Assembly (NCBI GenBank): GCA_021613535.1
Contig: CP075492.1
Span: 17,732,001-17,796,000 of the forward strand
Direction: 5' to 3'
Length of the DNA: 64,000 nt
Source of the DNA: Adineta vaga
Taxonomy: Eukaryota; Animalia; Rotifera
Made by a program: the position numbers and the translations under genes. Of this stretch, positions 47,501 to 62,114 are shown piece after piece (position 1 is the first letter of the stretch; each line of letters begins with the position of its first letter). The notes below the pieces were generated by a model. It worked only from the letters and a program-made list of their open reading frames with translations. It was not told the DNA's origin and searched no databases.

Positions 47501-49460
47501 GAAATGGAAAAAAGAATTTAGGATTTTTGTTGGATCAATGATAATTATCAATCAGTCAAAACACTTTCGATACTTAGAAGAATACTTGAAGATTTTGCAT
47601 TAAAGTATGAGAAATGAAACAAAACAAAATACATACTATTCATTTTATGATAAAATTTGTAATAACAATCTAAATTAAAATAGAATGTTTGAAAAACTTT
47701 AGAGAACAAGAGGCAATTCCTCGAAGATTCCTGTCTGTATTTATTCAACGAATATTATTGTGATGAATATATGCGAATCACTTAGAGAAAACTAAAAAGA
47801 AGTGTGTACAACAGATAACGAATGCTCTCTAGTATGATATCCGATATAAAAAATAAAAAGAGTTAGCATTTTATAATTGCGACACTATTGTTTTCATGAT
47901 TGTTTTTTTTCTCTCAAACTTGACAATCATTTGAAGTTAATAGTCTTCAATGAAACTAAGAAACGTTTTTCAGTATAGAAACAACGACATATGTATATAT
48001 TCGTTTTGATAGTAATTGTGTTTCATCAAGTGAGAATGACAAAGTAAACTGAAAAGCATCAACATATTGTCTTTTATGGAAAAGTAATAAATGCATAACT
48101 GTCGGTTATTTTTATGATCGTGCAAAAAAGACAATTCTTATCTGTAATTGAATGTAGGAACCCAACCCATCTCCTACACTCTCAAGAACATATTTATCAG
48201 TATTATATAACAATTAATTATACCATGTTAGTGTATCAATGTTCAGACGTCTATTCCTAGATCAGATTGTAGATTGTGGAGTTCTGTGAATGTTTTTAAA
48301 CGGTTGTTGTCCACTATGGCTCGTAGAAAATAGGTATTCATAATGATAACTTATGTATACTTTTACAAAGTTGGATGCTCATTCTATTGGCATAAATTAC
48401 TTGAATTCTTGTCATGCTTTACTAATCGGAAATAACTTTCAGATATAGAAAATCAAGTTTTGAGAAAAAAGAATTAATTTCTAAGTTGACAACAGTATGA
48501 AATAACTAATTATTTATTTGCTGCTTCCTACAATTACTACAGTGTGAGTTTGAAATACAGGCGCAGTAGCTGTCTCGAACTTTTTGTAAATAAAGGATAA
48601 CTTTCTTCCATTTTCGGGAAATTTAAAGTCATTTTTTTTCATATTGGAAATGCCCATCTTGAAAGTGGAGTGAGAGTGAAGAATGTTTATAATTACGACA
48701 AGTATTTATAGATCTGACGATGATACAAACGAATATTCTGATAAAGAAGTCGTCAACGTATACTTACCGATAAAAAGGATGTGTTAGCAATCTTTTTGTC
48801 AGAAAAAATAAAATAGCTCGATTTTTATGTTTTCTTTTAAATCGCACAAACTTTGAAGTATGCCAGATTAAGTGTGTTACAGTGCATATCTATAAAATAT
48901 ACCAGGATTCCTTATTCTCTCGTTTGATATGTGTATTCACTGATATCTTATGGTATCACCTCTTTTCTAATCTTGATTTCCCTTTGTTCGTATCATTTAT
49001 ATATATACCGATGTTATTTTCATAAATGAACAAGTTGATAGAAACGAACTAAAATCGTTCCACATATATCACTATAACAGGGTGTGAATATGACTGTACA
49101 ATATTCATCTCTCATCTAGCCATCACAAACCACTTAAACCTCCACAATTTCCATACAAAAATGAAGTTGTGTACATCTCATAATCTAAACTATCTATATA
49201 TTAACACTTTTCACATTTTATTCGACGTAAATATCATATGATCTTTTTATTTCTGTGTTTCTGGATCTATTTCTTCATTCACACTAAAGATATATAATAA
49301 TGTCTCAATACTTCGCTCAGCATTGCCTGTTTATTTCTCTGCAGAAGAATACTGTGAGTTTTCGAATAGACATTCAAATTCTTTATTTTAAAGCAGAATG
49401 AAGTACAATAAATATTGTTTAAATTTAAATTAAAGCAAGTGCTGGTTCAATCTTACGAAA

Positions 49461-51058
49461 TTAACATTTATTGAAAAATATATTTAGAGTTTTATCATAT
49501 TCAGCAGTTGCGGCTATATCTAATCGACCATCACCATTTAAATCAGCAATAGCTACTGATGTTACATGCCGATCTGTTGTTAAGCTTGTAGCTGTTGTAA
49601 AACTACCATTACCATACCCACGAAAAACACTAATGTAATTACTAAAGCCGTTAGCAACAACAATATCTATATGTGTATCATTATTTAAATCAGCTACAGC
49701 TACTGTTCTCGGATTTTGTCCAGTTGAATAGGATTTTTGTGATTGAAGTGTTCCATTTCCATTTCCTAACAACACACTCAGTGTATTACTACCATAGTTA
49801 ACAGCAACGACATCTATGTAAGTATCGTGATTGAAATCTGCAACAGCTATTCCCCATGGGGAGCTTTCTGTTGGATAAGGTGTACGTTGTCGAAAACTTC
49901 CATCACCATAATTAATAAATAAACTTACTGTATTGCTAGAATAATCAGTGACAACAAAATCTGGATAACTGTCAGCATTGAAGTCAGCAACAGCTACTGC
50001 TGTTACAAAACTACCTGTTGCTAAAGTGCTGACACTTTGGAAACTTCCATTACTGTATCCAAATAAAACACTGGCAGTATTTGCATAATCATTAACAACG
50101 ACAATATCTAAATTATCATCCTTATTGAAATCATCAATACCAATCCAATATGGATAAGAACCAACTGGAATATTTATACGTGAGTTAAAACTTTTATTGC
50201 CAAGACCAAGAAATAAACCGATACTATTATCCGAAGCTTGAGCTACAACTAAATCTAACTTCTTATCATTATTTAAATCTGCACTTTTGACAAATACTGA
50301 ATAACCAGCAGTTTGAAACATTATCGGTGTTTGAAATGTTCCATTTCCTTGATTAAAATATATTCCAAGATTTGCATCATTTGCATTAAGCACGATTATA
50401 TCCTTCTTATTATCATTATCTAAATCAGCAATATTAATTGACCAAGGTTTATTTCCAGTCGAATATGATTTATATGAACTAAAAGTTAATGATTGACATG
50501 AAGAATCTATAAATGAATGAATAAAATAAATCATTATTTCGATGCAATAATTAATGAAATTACTTACTAAATGAATTCGAAGTTGAGGTAGTGTAGCTAG
50601 TCCTAGTCGATGTTAAAACTAAAATAATATTCGTTTGACAAGTTTAATTGTAATTGAAATTTATTTACCAGTACTAGTCGATATTGTTGTTGCTCTGCTG
50701 CTTGTTGATGATGTAGCAATTCCTAAAAACAATGAAGAATTCTCCAGGACTATACATCGATCAACTTATTTTTATATATTAAGGTTATATCATCGAGTAG
50801 ATTAAAATAAGTATTCTATTCGTATTCACAGATATGAAATATGTACGTACTGGGAGTAGTATTTGTCAAAGTTGTTGTTGTTGATGATGATAGTTTTCGT
50901 ATGAAAGTACGAGCGAGAATAAAATATCCAATGAGAGCCGCAATCAACAAGGGTATAACGAAAAGACTAACCAAAATGATTTTCGCTTTATTTCTTGACA
51001 AGAAATTGATCCTTAAAATGAAAATTATTATTATTACCGATGAAATAATAATAAGCAT
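49461..51058 (-). CDS. FG-GAP/VCBS-repeat beta-propeller with N-terminal TM and Thr/Ser-rich mini-exons
   Basis: Seven ADxNxDxxxD(I/L/F)VV-type repeats in a large exon (~50506-49461). Upstream TM exon ending ~50849 plus two small stalk exons. Start uncertain. Confidence 0.8.
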
Positions 51059-52194
51059 AGTTTGATATATACTTTTCGATAATTTTTGAAGAAAGTGTTG
51101 GCACATTGATAATGATAAAATTTTCAGTGATATTGAATGATGTTTCAGGATGCTAAATAAATTTTCATTTAAGTTAATATACAATCGTTTTTATTTTCGT
51201 ATTATTCAGTAGTAGACTTCTCATAACAAATCACATTCTGTGAAAGGTCAGACTAGATAGGCAAATGGATTCTAATCAACACATAGCCGTGAGGATGTAG
51301 ATAAAGGAGAGACGAATCAACATCTACACCCACACCCTCAAGTTATATATATATATACATATATATTATCGAATTTAATAACGATTAGAATACGTGTCAT
51401 ACTTACAATCATAGTTATGATATAGACGAACGTTAATATGTGTTGAAAAGAAGCAAGAAAATGAGTATTCTGTTTACTTAAAAATTATAAACTTTTATAA
51501 TATAAATGTTGAATAATTTGTTTCTTCTACTCGATGAAGTATATTTTTTCTTTAACAAGATATTTTCTAATTAGATATTTTTCTGTTATTATAAACACAA
51601 AATTCAGTTTTACTCTGTAATATACAATTAACGCTCGTTTGAGGACTCGATCAGCTCTTTCTCGTAGAAATCATGCAAGCTGTTCGTATCTCACACTCAC
51701 ACCGAAGATGGCAGATAATTTATGTTTGCAAGACTCTTCAGAAATAATCATTAATCAATTGTAATGTTTCGAAATTTTGCACTCCAGGGCAAAGACAATG
51801 TCGTTGTAATCCGTCAGTTACAGAAATGTACAAAAACAAGGGGGAAAACGCCGTTTCCAACTGCCGAAATGATTTACAAGGAATTCGATGCTAATGAATC
51901 AGTAACAAAACACATCAAACATTAATATTTTCATTTTTATTTCTTACATGTGGTCTATTCATGATATACATATTTGAAGAACATTATTATGTGGCATACT
52001 TTTCTTTTTCAATTAAAACTTTGTCTGATTAACTGTAGAAAATAATTATATTGTTAAGTGTGTAGTTTTTTCAAATTATATTCCTATCTTCTACTAATAG
52101 AAATTTCAGTATTTATTTTTTCATCAAATGTAAATTCTTTAGAAAATATTAGTGGTTATTAAATCCTTTTTGAAGATGATATATGACTTTCATA

Positions 52195-52567
52195 GGAGGG
52201 TGTGGGTGTGGGAGAGTGTGAATACAACAGACTCCCATCCTCACCCACACTCTCGGACACATCCTTGAGTACACAAAAGTAACAAGGGTGTGGGTGTGGG
52301 TGGGTAGAGAAGACAGATTCACACCCACCCTAATGATGATATACTGGATAATATCTGTAAATTGCTCGAGGAAAATCGATCTTCTAGTTCAATTAATAAA
52401 TTATCAATCAAATGATAATAAATACGTGTTTGATAATATTATTTATTTTCATTATCATCATGTTCACCATTGGCGTTCTTAATAAAGAGGGTGGGTGTGG
52501 GTGTGGGTGTGGGTGTGGGTGTGAATCTGTCTTCTCTACCCACCCCCACCCACACCCACACACTCTC
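52195..52567. repeat. Cluster of three telomere-like inverted-repeat elements
   Basis: Copies at ~52195-52254, 52285-52331 and 52487-52567; the last has (GGGTGT)4. Confidence 0.85.
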
Positions 52568-54731
52568 CTGAAATTTCAAGAATTATTGGAAGACAAATCT
52601 CCTATCTGTGTCACGGATTCTTCAGTCTCATTGTATTCCGAGTAGCTATAGACGAAAATATTCTTTTGTTATGAAACAGGTATTCGATAAGAGAAATTTT
52701 GCTTCAAAAATTTCAATAAGACAATATTTTACAAAAGTAAAAATAACTTTAAAAACCAGAGGAGGTGGCAGCACTGGTCGAGGGTAAAGTGAATCGGTAC
52801 GACGAGCGTTGCTTGTTAGTACTTAGAAAAAAAGTATATTTTAATACATTTCTATGAATCTCTCAGTTTTGTACGAATATGGATAGATTAGAACGATATT
52901 ATATGACAGATCAACATCTTCAAGTATCCGCCGATCTATAAAAAAATTCACTTGGTTTTAATAATAAGATTATTTGAAATAGAAAAAGAAAAACGTGATA
53001 AAAGAGAATATTCAACGGGGACTAAATAACGAATATTTATTCATATCAATCACTTTTTATTTATTAGAATTTATATATTGTTTGATATTAAATATGTTCG
53101 AATATTATGTCCATTATTTATGTTTTTTAGTGTAATTCAAATTATATTTCTTAATTCTATAAATAGAAATAAATAATCATAATATGCAAAGAAAAATGTC
53201 TGAGTTTTAAAATATCATGTATATTAATAAAGAAAAGAAAGATAGATATATATATAAATGAGAAAGAATATCATAAACAAATCTCATTTATTTTCTACGA
53301 CGTAGAAATATTGTTTGTCTAACGACTTTGAATAATTCAAGTGTACATTGATAAGTTCTTATTCCAATATGATTTTAATTTCAATTTTGATGATTCTGAT
53401 GAATGGAATATCAGGTAATGATTTATTGTTTGAAAGTGTTCAGAAATCCCACGCAAAAAAAGTAACGCTAATCTTGCCGACTCTCTTAACCCTCGACTGA
53501 GGAAGACAGGTATTTTCTACATGTTCCAATGGTGAGACGAACTGATCTGAGAACTTTGTATACGAGGAAAGTATTCAAACTTTTTTGCTCAATTATTTAT
53601 TAACTTTCAAAAGCGAAATACTCAATTTTCTTTGTAAAAGCAATGAGGATAAAACTTTTTTTTTTGATTTGTTGAGAGCTTACAATATTATAAGTACTAA
53701 CTGAACTACGAAGGATACAAAAGTATAAAACGTACGATATGAACTATCCAGCTAATTTTCACTCACACCCACCCCTCACAAGTGTTCTTGTGTAACTCAG
53801 AATGTTGAGCGGAGAGGGGTGACTTGGTGGTATTGTGAAAATCCTTGTGAATCGGGTCTTCTGTAAATTATTGTGGTTTCAAGAGGATTTTGTCAGTTTT
53901 TTCTAGTAGCGGCAGTCAGACCATTTATGAAGCGATCAATGGAAAACGCGGTATGTGGCGACTTTATAAATGGTCTGATTTCCGCGTTTCAAAAAACCGG
54001 TTTTCGAAAACCACTGAATTGCAGCGGTTTTTGATTGTTTCTTTTTTCGTGGTTATGCATTGAAATCTAAGAATGAACTAAAGTTGAAAGTAAAAAATCG
54101 AATTTCAATCAAATAATTTTATTGATTTATAAACATAAATAAATGAAATAGTTTCACATCTGTTTTTATATTATTGACAAATTTTAATTTCCTTCATTTT
54201 CCCTATAGTTCTTTCGTATAATCAACCCAAACTTTGTCCAACAATAAGATGGAGTTCAAAGAGCCATTTTTTTAATGATAAAAGAATGACTTTTAATGAA
54301 CGCCCATTTCTGTTTATTGATACAAGCAATACAATTTATATTGGTTCTAACGTAAAAGGCGAAATCCTAGTTTGGCTTGAAGAACACACTTCTCCCACGT
54401 CATTAAGCACACCATATTCGTCAAGAATATATTCTATATTCGTGATGAACAATAGTGATATTTACATCAGTTATGATAGTCACACAGTTTATAAATGGAT
54501 AGCAAGTATAAGTAAATTTATTCACATTATGAATGTTGAATTTATATGTTTTCATCTTTTTATTGATATTAATAATAATTTATATTGTTCAATGGCCCAA
54601 GGACATAAAGTTGTGAAACAATTATTGAACGAAAATAACGAACCGAAGATAATAGTTGTAGCTGGTACAGACATTAAAGGTTCTGCTCTGAATCAATTGA
54701 ATCAACCTAACGGAATCTTTGTTGATACAAA

Positions 54732-57700
54732 GGACAGGGGCGTATAAGCAATGGAAAATGGGCTCAAAGGAATTTATCAAAACTTCGTCGAGAAATTGTT
54801 CTAGGAAAGTGAGATAAGCTATATTAGAGCAAATTCAAGCAATACTAAGCGTATTTGAACATGCTTTCATGTGAAAATATCATAAAATATTATAGGGGCT
54901 TTTATACATATTATTTGTATTTATAATGGGCCAGTTTTTGACTAAAACAGAAAACCTTTGAAAAATATATAAAGCTCATTTTATCTTCATTGGAAAGAGC
55001 ATTAAATTCTGCATCGTTCTATATAAAGATCATGTCTTTAAACCAATTATTACTACTATTTTTCTATAATTTACTACTATTAAAAATATATTATTTTATA
55101 CATTATTTTATCTAATTTTGACTTTTTCAATACATTTTTTGCGTGAGCAGCTTTCGCTTATATACCATTTGATAGAGCGAAGAAAGCGCTACAAACTGGT
55201 ATATAAATCATTTAATTTCGAGTTGGTCCCGGTATTCATAAAAGTCAAAAACTATGTTCGATGCACGAAAAATTCACTTTTTTTATGTATTAGTCAATTA
55301 TTATTTAATTATTGTTTTTGATAGAAGCGACAGTTAATATAATTTTCATTCAAAGGATATTCAGACATATCTCAAATAAAAAATTCTTATATCTTTTGTG
55401 TTAAAAAGCAACATTTTTCAGCCTTAAAATGATGACATGTTAATATATCTTGTAATTTTTCGACATTAGTCAATATTAACATTTTGAAATTTCTGTAAGA
55501 ACAACTTTATTATTTTAATTCAATTTGTTAGGTCAATTTCAAATGAGAAATATAGATATGAAATGGGTAGTTCGTAATAAAAACAAGTATCAATGAGCTA
55601 GGTCTGGTGTATCTGTGGTGGTGTCGTTGTTTGTATCATCATCATCAACATTCATGTAGCTATCGTCTACGAATCCAAGTAGTCGAGCAGCAGAAAGAGG
55701 ATGGATTTTAGGATTCATTTCTCCTTGTTGAACACCCATATACCAAAGTAGAGCAGTAATATGAACACAACAGCCGACTGTACGTGATCCAGATGCACAT
55801 GTACAAAACCAACCTTGTATCGGCTGCTCCAAGTTGTTGTCAAATTGTACTGTTGCAATATGATGTTTCGTATTGCTGTGGCGTGAGTGGAATCGAACTC
55901 GAAGTAAATCACGTTGCTTTTCACACAATTCAACAATGAACTCAAGATCATTTTCATCAAGGTAAGAAGATTGAAAGTGTTCATTGATATAAGATTTGCA
56001 TTGTTTAATTTGATAGTTCCCTGAAAAATAATATAAACAAAAACTCTACGAGAGAAGATAGGAAACAAACCACAGCTAATGTTTCGTACATCTTCTTCAG
56101 TTAAATGTGGAAATATGCACATTCTAGAATCATATTTTCTCCAATGCATGTTTTTATCGGCAGATATACTAATTAATCTTTTTTCAAGTTCATTTTCTTT
56201 CTTCATTTGTTCTAACATGATTCTAGCTAATTCAATTCCACTTGATGGATCTTTCATTGTTGGGTGACGAAAAGCATTATGAAGAGCACATACTATATCC
56301 AAATCATCAGGTAGAAATTGTAAAGATGAATTTTTAAGAGAGTTAAAATAATTCCATTCTTTGATTTTGCCATTCACTAAAATATCGGATGATCAACTAG
56401 AAGAAAAAATTATCTATAATATTTACCACTTTCAATTATCCAACGGTTTTTAGTTATAAATCGGGTTCGGTTTGCTTCTTCTGTTGTAAATTGTTTTTTT
56501 CCTTTTAGAAATGCTGGAATTTGAACTTGAAAACCAAGCTCTTCCATAGAATTTACTGCATCTCTAAAGCCACGATCAACGATAACGATATCTTCGTCAT
56601 GAAGCCAGTTTTTGATATTTTGATCATTATTCTTCAAGATATGTTTGATAATGGAAGCATCATTATTTTTTCCATCGGCCAGAAAAGGTCCGAATACTGA
56701 CAAAATATAACCATCCTATGTAAAATTGCAATAATGAAGCTCTCATAATAGTAAGGTAAGCATCATTTTTATAAATCCTATGATGAACTTCAGAAAGCAT
56801 TCTATCGGCTACGATATTTTAAGGCTACCTTTTCCTAAATTGTATCCTTATATATTCTTTCAATAGTAAAGCTAAAACTTTTCTATAAATGTGACCTTTC
56901 AGTAGTGAACCATATATATGTTTATGTTCACATTTAAAAGAATACTTATTTTAATCATAGAAGAGGAGGACAAATTACTCTCTTTATTTAACACTTACTG
57001 TAGCGGTTATTATCATTGGTTTAACAAGGTTCTTATGCTTATGCATGCTATATGTTCTTCTTTGAAATTGATTGTCACTAGACTTTTGAATTGTAAGATA
57101 TGTACCATCCATAACAATACAAAGTTGATTAGAAACATCGGCAAGTAGAGCTGTTGCAACAGCAGATTGATGATGGTCAATCACCGATTGTCGATTAATA
57201 TGATCGAAACCTATATAATGTGGTACAAAATTAATTTTTAATGCTTGTCGCACTTGATTGATAACATGAGAAACTGTTCTTTTGTCTTTTAAACCAAACA
57301 TAGTTGCTAAAACTCGATTAGCAAGACCCAAACGAAACTTTGCGAGGAACACTGCTAATGCAACTCGAGTAGAACGAATTTTCGAGTTACGCATGTGTTG
57401 GATTTGTTGAAGAAGATCGTTGAACTGATCTAAAAAATGATTTTATTAGATTCTATTATATATGCATGAATTAAGCTTGTTTTTTATTTGAATTAAAAGT
57501 CTCCAAGTACAGATTACTTTATAGAAATTCGCTAACAAACGGATTATGACATTCAAATAATCCTAGATTTTTTCAACAGTACTGTCCCAGCAAATGAGAT
57601 TAACCATCCTACCTTTCGATAGACCAGTAATATTGTAATATGCAGTATCATCCAGAGAAGCATCATTATCAAAATCAAATGCTATGTTGCTTTGAGTAAC

Positions 57701-59335
57701 TGTACGAAAGCTGTTGAATATTTTCTCAATGTCTTGAGAAGTAAAAGAAACAAGATCAGAATCAAATGGAATAATTCGATGAATGGCTTCATAAGACAAT
57801 TGTCCTCTGCAGAAATGATCGCCACAACAACGAGCTCCAGGTGATATATATATTCCTCGTTTGATAAACAATGTATTCCTATCTTCTTCATTTAATCGAG
57901 TTCGATTATTGGAGTTTCTCACTCCACAAACAATACAAGAACTAAACAGATAATAAAAATAAGATCCCTAAAAACATCTTTTCATATTTTACTTTTCATC
58001 TTTGCTACATCGATTCACTCTGATCTTTACTGATTCAATTTGTTTTGATGTCTGAGTAGATTTTGTGTTATTTTTCTCTTCTAAACCCATATTCTATATA
58101 TACAAAAAATATTTCACATGTTAAAGTTACATGAGATATTACTTCTTCAATTTCATCGTCGTTTTCATTCAATTTATCATCATCAATAAGGTCATCAATC
58201 TGGTCCTTTGTTTTACGATACCATCTTTCATACTTTGATCGGCATCCTTTGCAAACATAAGACGTACAATCGTGTCTTTTATGACACCGAGCAGAGAGAT
58301 ATAGTTTCAGCAATAAATTAGTGATCGGTCGTGCATTATCAACAACTGTATTACACTGAAAACATCTTGCCCGAGGATTACGAGGCATTGTATATTGTCA
58401 AATTAACGGTAACGAATTGAACGTTAAACAAAATATATATGACAGAACGGAAAAAAATGACGTCATCATCGTCAACGAATAGTTCTGTCTTTAAGTATCT
58501 TTTTTAAAATGAAGTATTTCTCATTTGAAATTGACCTAACAAATTGAATTAAAATAATAAAGTTGTTCTTACAGAAATTTCAAAATGTAAATATTGAATA
58601 ATGTCGAAGAATTACAAGATATATTAACATGTCATCATTTTAAGGCTGAAAAATGTTGCTTTTTAACACAAAAGATATAAGAATTTTTTATTTGAGATAT
58701 GTCTGAATATCCTTTGAATGAAAATTATATTAACTGTCGCTTCTATCAAAAACAATAATTAAATAATAATTGACTAATACATAAAAAAAGTGAATTTTTC
58801 GTGCATCGAACATAGTTTTTGACTTTTATGAATACCGGGACCAACTCGAAATTAAATGATTTATATACCAGTTTGTAGCGCTTTCTTCGCTCTATCAAAT
58901 GGTATATAAGCGAAAGCGGCTCACGCAAAAAATGTATTGAAAAAGTCAAAATTAGATAAAATAATGTATAAAATAATATATTTTTAATAGTAGTAAATTA
59001 TAGAAAAATAGTAGTAATAATTGGTTTAAAGACATGATCTTTATATAGAACGATGCAGAATTTAATGCTCTTTCCAATGAAGATAAAATGAGCTTTATAT
59101 ATTTTTCAAAGGTTTTCTGTTTTAGTCAAAAACTGGCCCATTATAAATACAAATAATATGTATAAAAGCCCCTATAATATTTTATGATATTTTCACATGA
59201 AAGCATGTTCAAATACGCTTAGTATTGCTTGAATTTGCTCTAATATAGCTTATCTCACTTTCCTAGAACAATTTCTCGACGAAGTTTTGATAAATTCCTT
59301 TGAGCCCATTTTCCATTGCTTATACGCCCCTGTCC
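54732..59335 (-). mobile_element. 4604-bp PHIS-type DNA transposon with 821-bp TIRs; inserted at AAA|TTT with no TSD
   Basis: 54732-55552 is the reverse complement of 58515-59335 (4 mismatches seen, no net indel). Termini GGACAGGGGCG...CGCCCCTGTCC. Confidence 0.95.
55590..58388 (-). CDS. 7-exon DDE_Tnp_4 (Harbinger/ISL2EU-like) transposase with N-terminal Cys motifs, HTH and C-terminal SWIM finger
   Basis: Exons 58388-58143, 58093-57993, 57941-57613, 57429-56999, 56715-56427, 56376-56071 and 56020-55590. MDGTY, VDRGF, RWIIESVNG; CTCASG..TVGCCVH. Confidence 0.88.
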
Positions 59336-61993
59336 TTTGGATTTATATGTGGCAGATAGTGTCAATCATCGAATTCAACTCTTCCGTTTTGGTAAAGAAA
59401 ATGGAGAAACGATTGCAGGACAAAGTTCATTAGATATTACAATTACACTCTATGAACCAATGTCAATTGTACTCGATTCCGAGAAATATCTTTTTATTGC
59501 TGATTATGTTCAAAGACGAATCATTGGATCCGGACCAAATGGATTTCGATGTTTACTTCATTGTAATCGTGAATCTCAACCATTATCTCATTCAAGTGGA
59601 CCAGCAAAATTGAGTTTTGATGTCAGTGGAAACTTATTTGTTCTTGGTAGCGAAGATCGACGAATTGAAAAATTTTATTTAGAAAAAGATTCTTGTGGTA
59701 AGTTTAAAATAGTTTGATGAAATATTTTCAGAAGAAATAAACTTTTGAGTAATAATTTAAAAAAAAAAAATTGAACTAAAACAAAAATCGAAAGAAATAT
59801 CAAAATATTGAATTTATCTCTTCTCTTTACAAATATTAGCTGTGATTAACAAATAATAATTAGAATTTCTATGATATAACAATATATTCATATTCTGCAA
59901 AGATTATATTAATAGATATATCTTTCATTTAGGATATATTTCATCTACTATTCAAGCAATAAATTCATCGATTTTAACGAACAATCATACAATATTTTCA
60001 CGTACCTTATTCAATCATTCAGATTATTACTATGAAATTATAGAAATAACTGTATATAAGGACGACTTTTATATTCTCACTGGTAATAGTAGTATTGATC
60101 TTTATGGTTTTGTATACAAAGATCATTTCAGTCGATTTAATCTTATGGAAAATCTAATTGCATCGTATGGAAAATGTTGTAAAAAAGATCAATTTAAATT
60201 CACACTTAAACTTGAAATTAATACTAAATATATATTAATTATAACAACATATAATCCGAATGTAACAGGTCCATTCTCAATCATTGTATTCGGTTCAAAT
60301 ATAGTTCGCCTTCAACGCATAGGTAAGTAAGATATATTATTGATGAAAATTGATTTTCTATTAAAAAAAACAGACAAACAAACAAATCAAGTTTATAAAT
60401 AACATTACTTGACAATATGATTTATATTTTTATTAGAAAAAATATAAGAAAGAAAATGTATTTTTTGTAATAGATATAATTATGAAAATAATCATCCTTT
60501 CGAAAATAGAATATAATTATCAAACATAAGATAAAGTTCTTTTCAAAAGTATTACGATCTTTGTAAATTATATGATTTGATGTGTTATAACGATTTTAGG
60601 AAGATTTGGTTTCACTATACATATGGAGACGATAATCCTAAAGCGAACATATTAGGTATAATGTATCCGAGGTTTTGTCATTTTCGAGTAAGCCTTTTAT
60701 AGGATGTTGGGGAGATTTTTATTCAGATAAAGGAAATGATACAAACATCTAAGTGGCATGTTCTGAAAGTTTCTATAATTCTTTTCAGAAACAAATCTAA
60801 GTAATACACAAGAGATAACCCTCATCACGTTTCGAAGTACCCTCAGTCTATTAGTACTTATCACATTGATTATGACATGTCAATAATGGAGAATAAATCG
60901 AATTTCCTAGAAATCGTTATAACACATCATATGTAAATTTAGATATAAAATAAAACTAAGACATTATTTTTATATTGAATAGACATTGAATCGCTTGTTG
61001 AATCAATATACTCATCTGCATTGACAGAAGATCATCCAGTATATAGTATGGTTCGTTGTGAGTTTTTAAAAGAACGAAACTATTATGAAGCAATACAAGT
61101 GAACGTGAATAAAAGTGATTTTTATACAATCTTTATCAACAGTAACACTGCAGTCATATTGATATACGTATATGAATATGATTTTTATCCTCTTATTCCA
61201 CTTGCAAACTTACTATCGAACAACTCTAATGGTTGTAATAGTCATCAATATCCGATTACTATTGAACTAATGAACAATATTCGATATATATTTGTTATAA
61301 CAACATGTTCTTATTATGAAAAAGCATATTTCTCAATCAAAATCCTTGGTAGAAGCAATGTCATCAATTTTAAGCGTGTCAGTAAGTATAATTTATATAT
61401 TATTCATGTTCAGTAATATAGAAATACAAGTTTATCATTATTACAACTTATGATTGATTATTCTTTTGAATAGATGCTTCGATGGTTACTCGCACGAACT
61501 ACTCGTCAAAATTAACAATAAATAGTTAAAAATTTGATAAAAACTGTATCAATCAATATTATTACTATGAAACTTTACGATTAACTGTGTTCAAAAATAC
61601 CTACTATGATTTTTCAAATAACGATGATCTAACCATACAAATACGTATTTACCAAAATCATTTCGATCCGTTAAATCCACATAGAAATTTGATTTTAACC
61701 AATAGTCACAGTTGTCTTTATTTATATAAGAATAATGACCCAATTAAGCTTCGAACTGATACGACATACATATTAGTTGTGACAAAGAATCAACCACTGT
61801 TGCCAAGTCCATTCACAATCATAGTATATAGCCCAGCTGATATCACTCTTGAACAAATTAGTAAGTATATAGATAAAACCTTATAAATTAATACTACAAC
61901 AGAGATGGTTTTTGATCAACTAAAAAATTTGATAAAAAAGGAGGCTATAATTTTTATATATTCTATTAGAAGAAACAATCATTCTACTCGGAG

Positions 61994-62114
61994 ATGTTGA
62001 ACATGTGGGGAATCAGTTTCGTCATCAGATTGATTCTTTCCAATTCCCGGAATCGTAAGGGTTTCTTTATAACTGATGACCAAAGACGGACATTGATTCT
62101 GCCATGTTCAACAT
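61994..62114. repeat. Small intronic inverted repeat (MITE-like)
   Basis: atgttgaacatg...catgttcaacat with inner pairs gaatca/tgattc and gtcatcag/ctgatgac. Confidence 0.55.

Noticed and set aside
52195-52567. True telomere or chromosome end
   Set aside because: Only a few repeat units, in inverted pairs, with genes on both sides.
52412-52645. ORF with GCGCGCGC/HPHPHP suggesting a metal-binding peptide
   Set aside because: Translation of the telomere-like hairpin; the same applies to ORFs 2740-2934, 26700-26915, 46171-46419 and 63201-63425.
53930-54035. GC-richer short palindromes (gaaaacgcgg/ccgcgtttc, aaaaccggtttt)
   Set aside because: Possibly a repeat remnant, but no boundaries or TSD could be defined.
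55118-55321. Near-identical 67-aa ORFs at 55118-55321 (+) and 58746-58949 (-)
   Set aside because: They mirror each other only because they lie in the TIRs; non-ATG starts and no recognisable domain.
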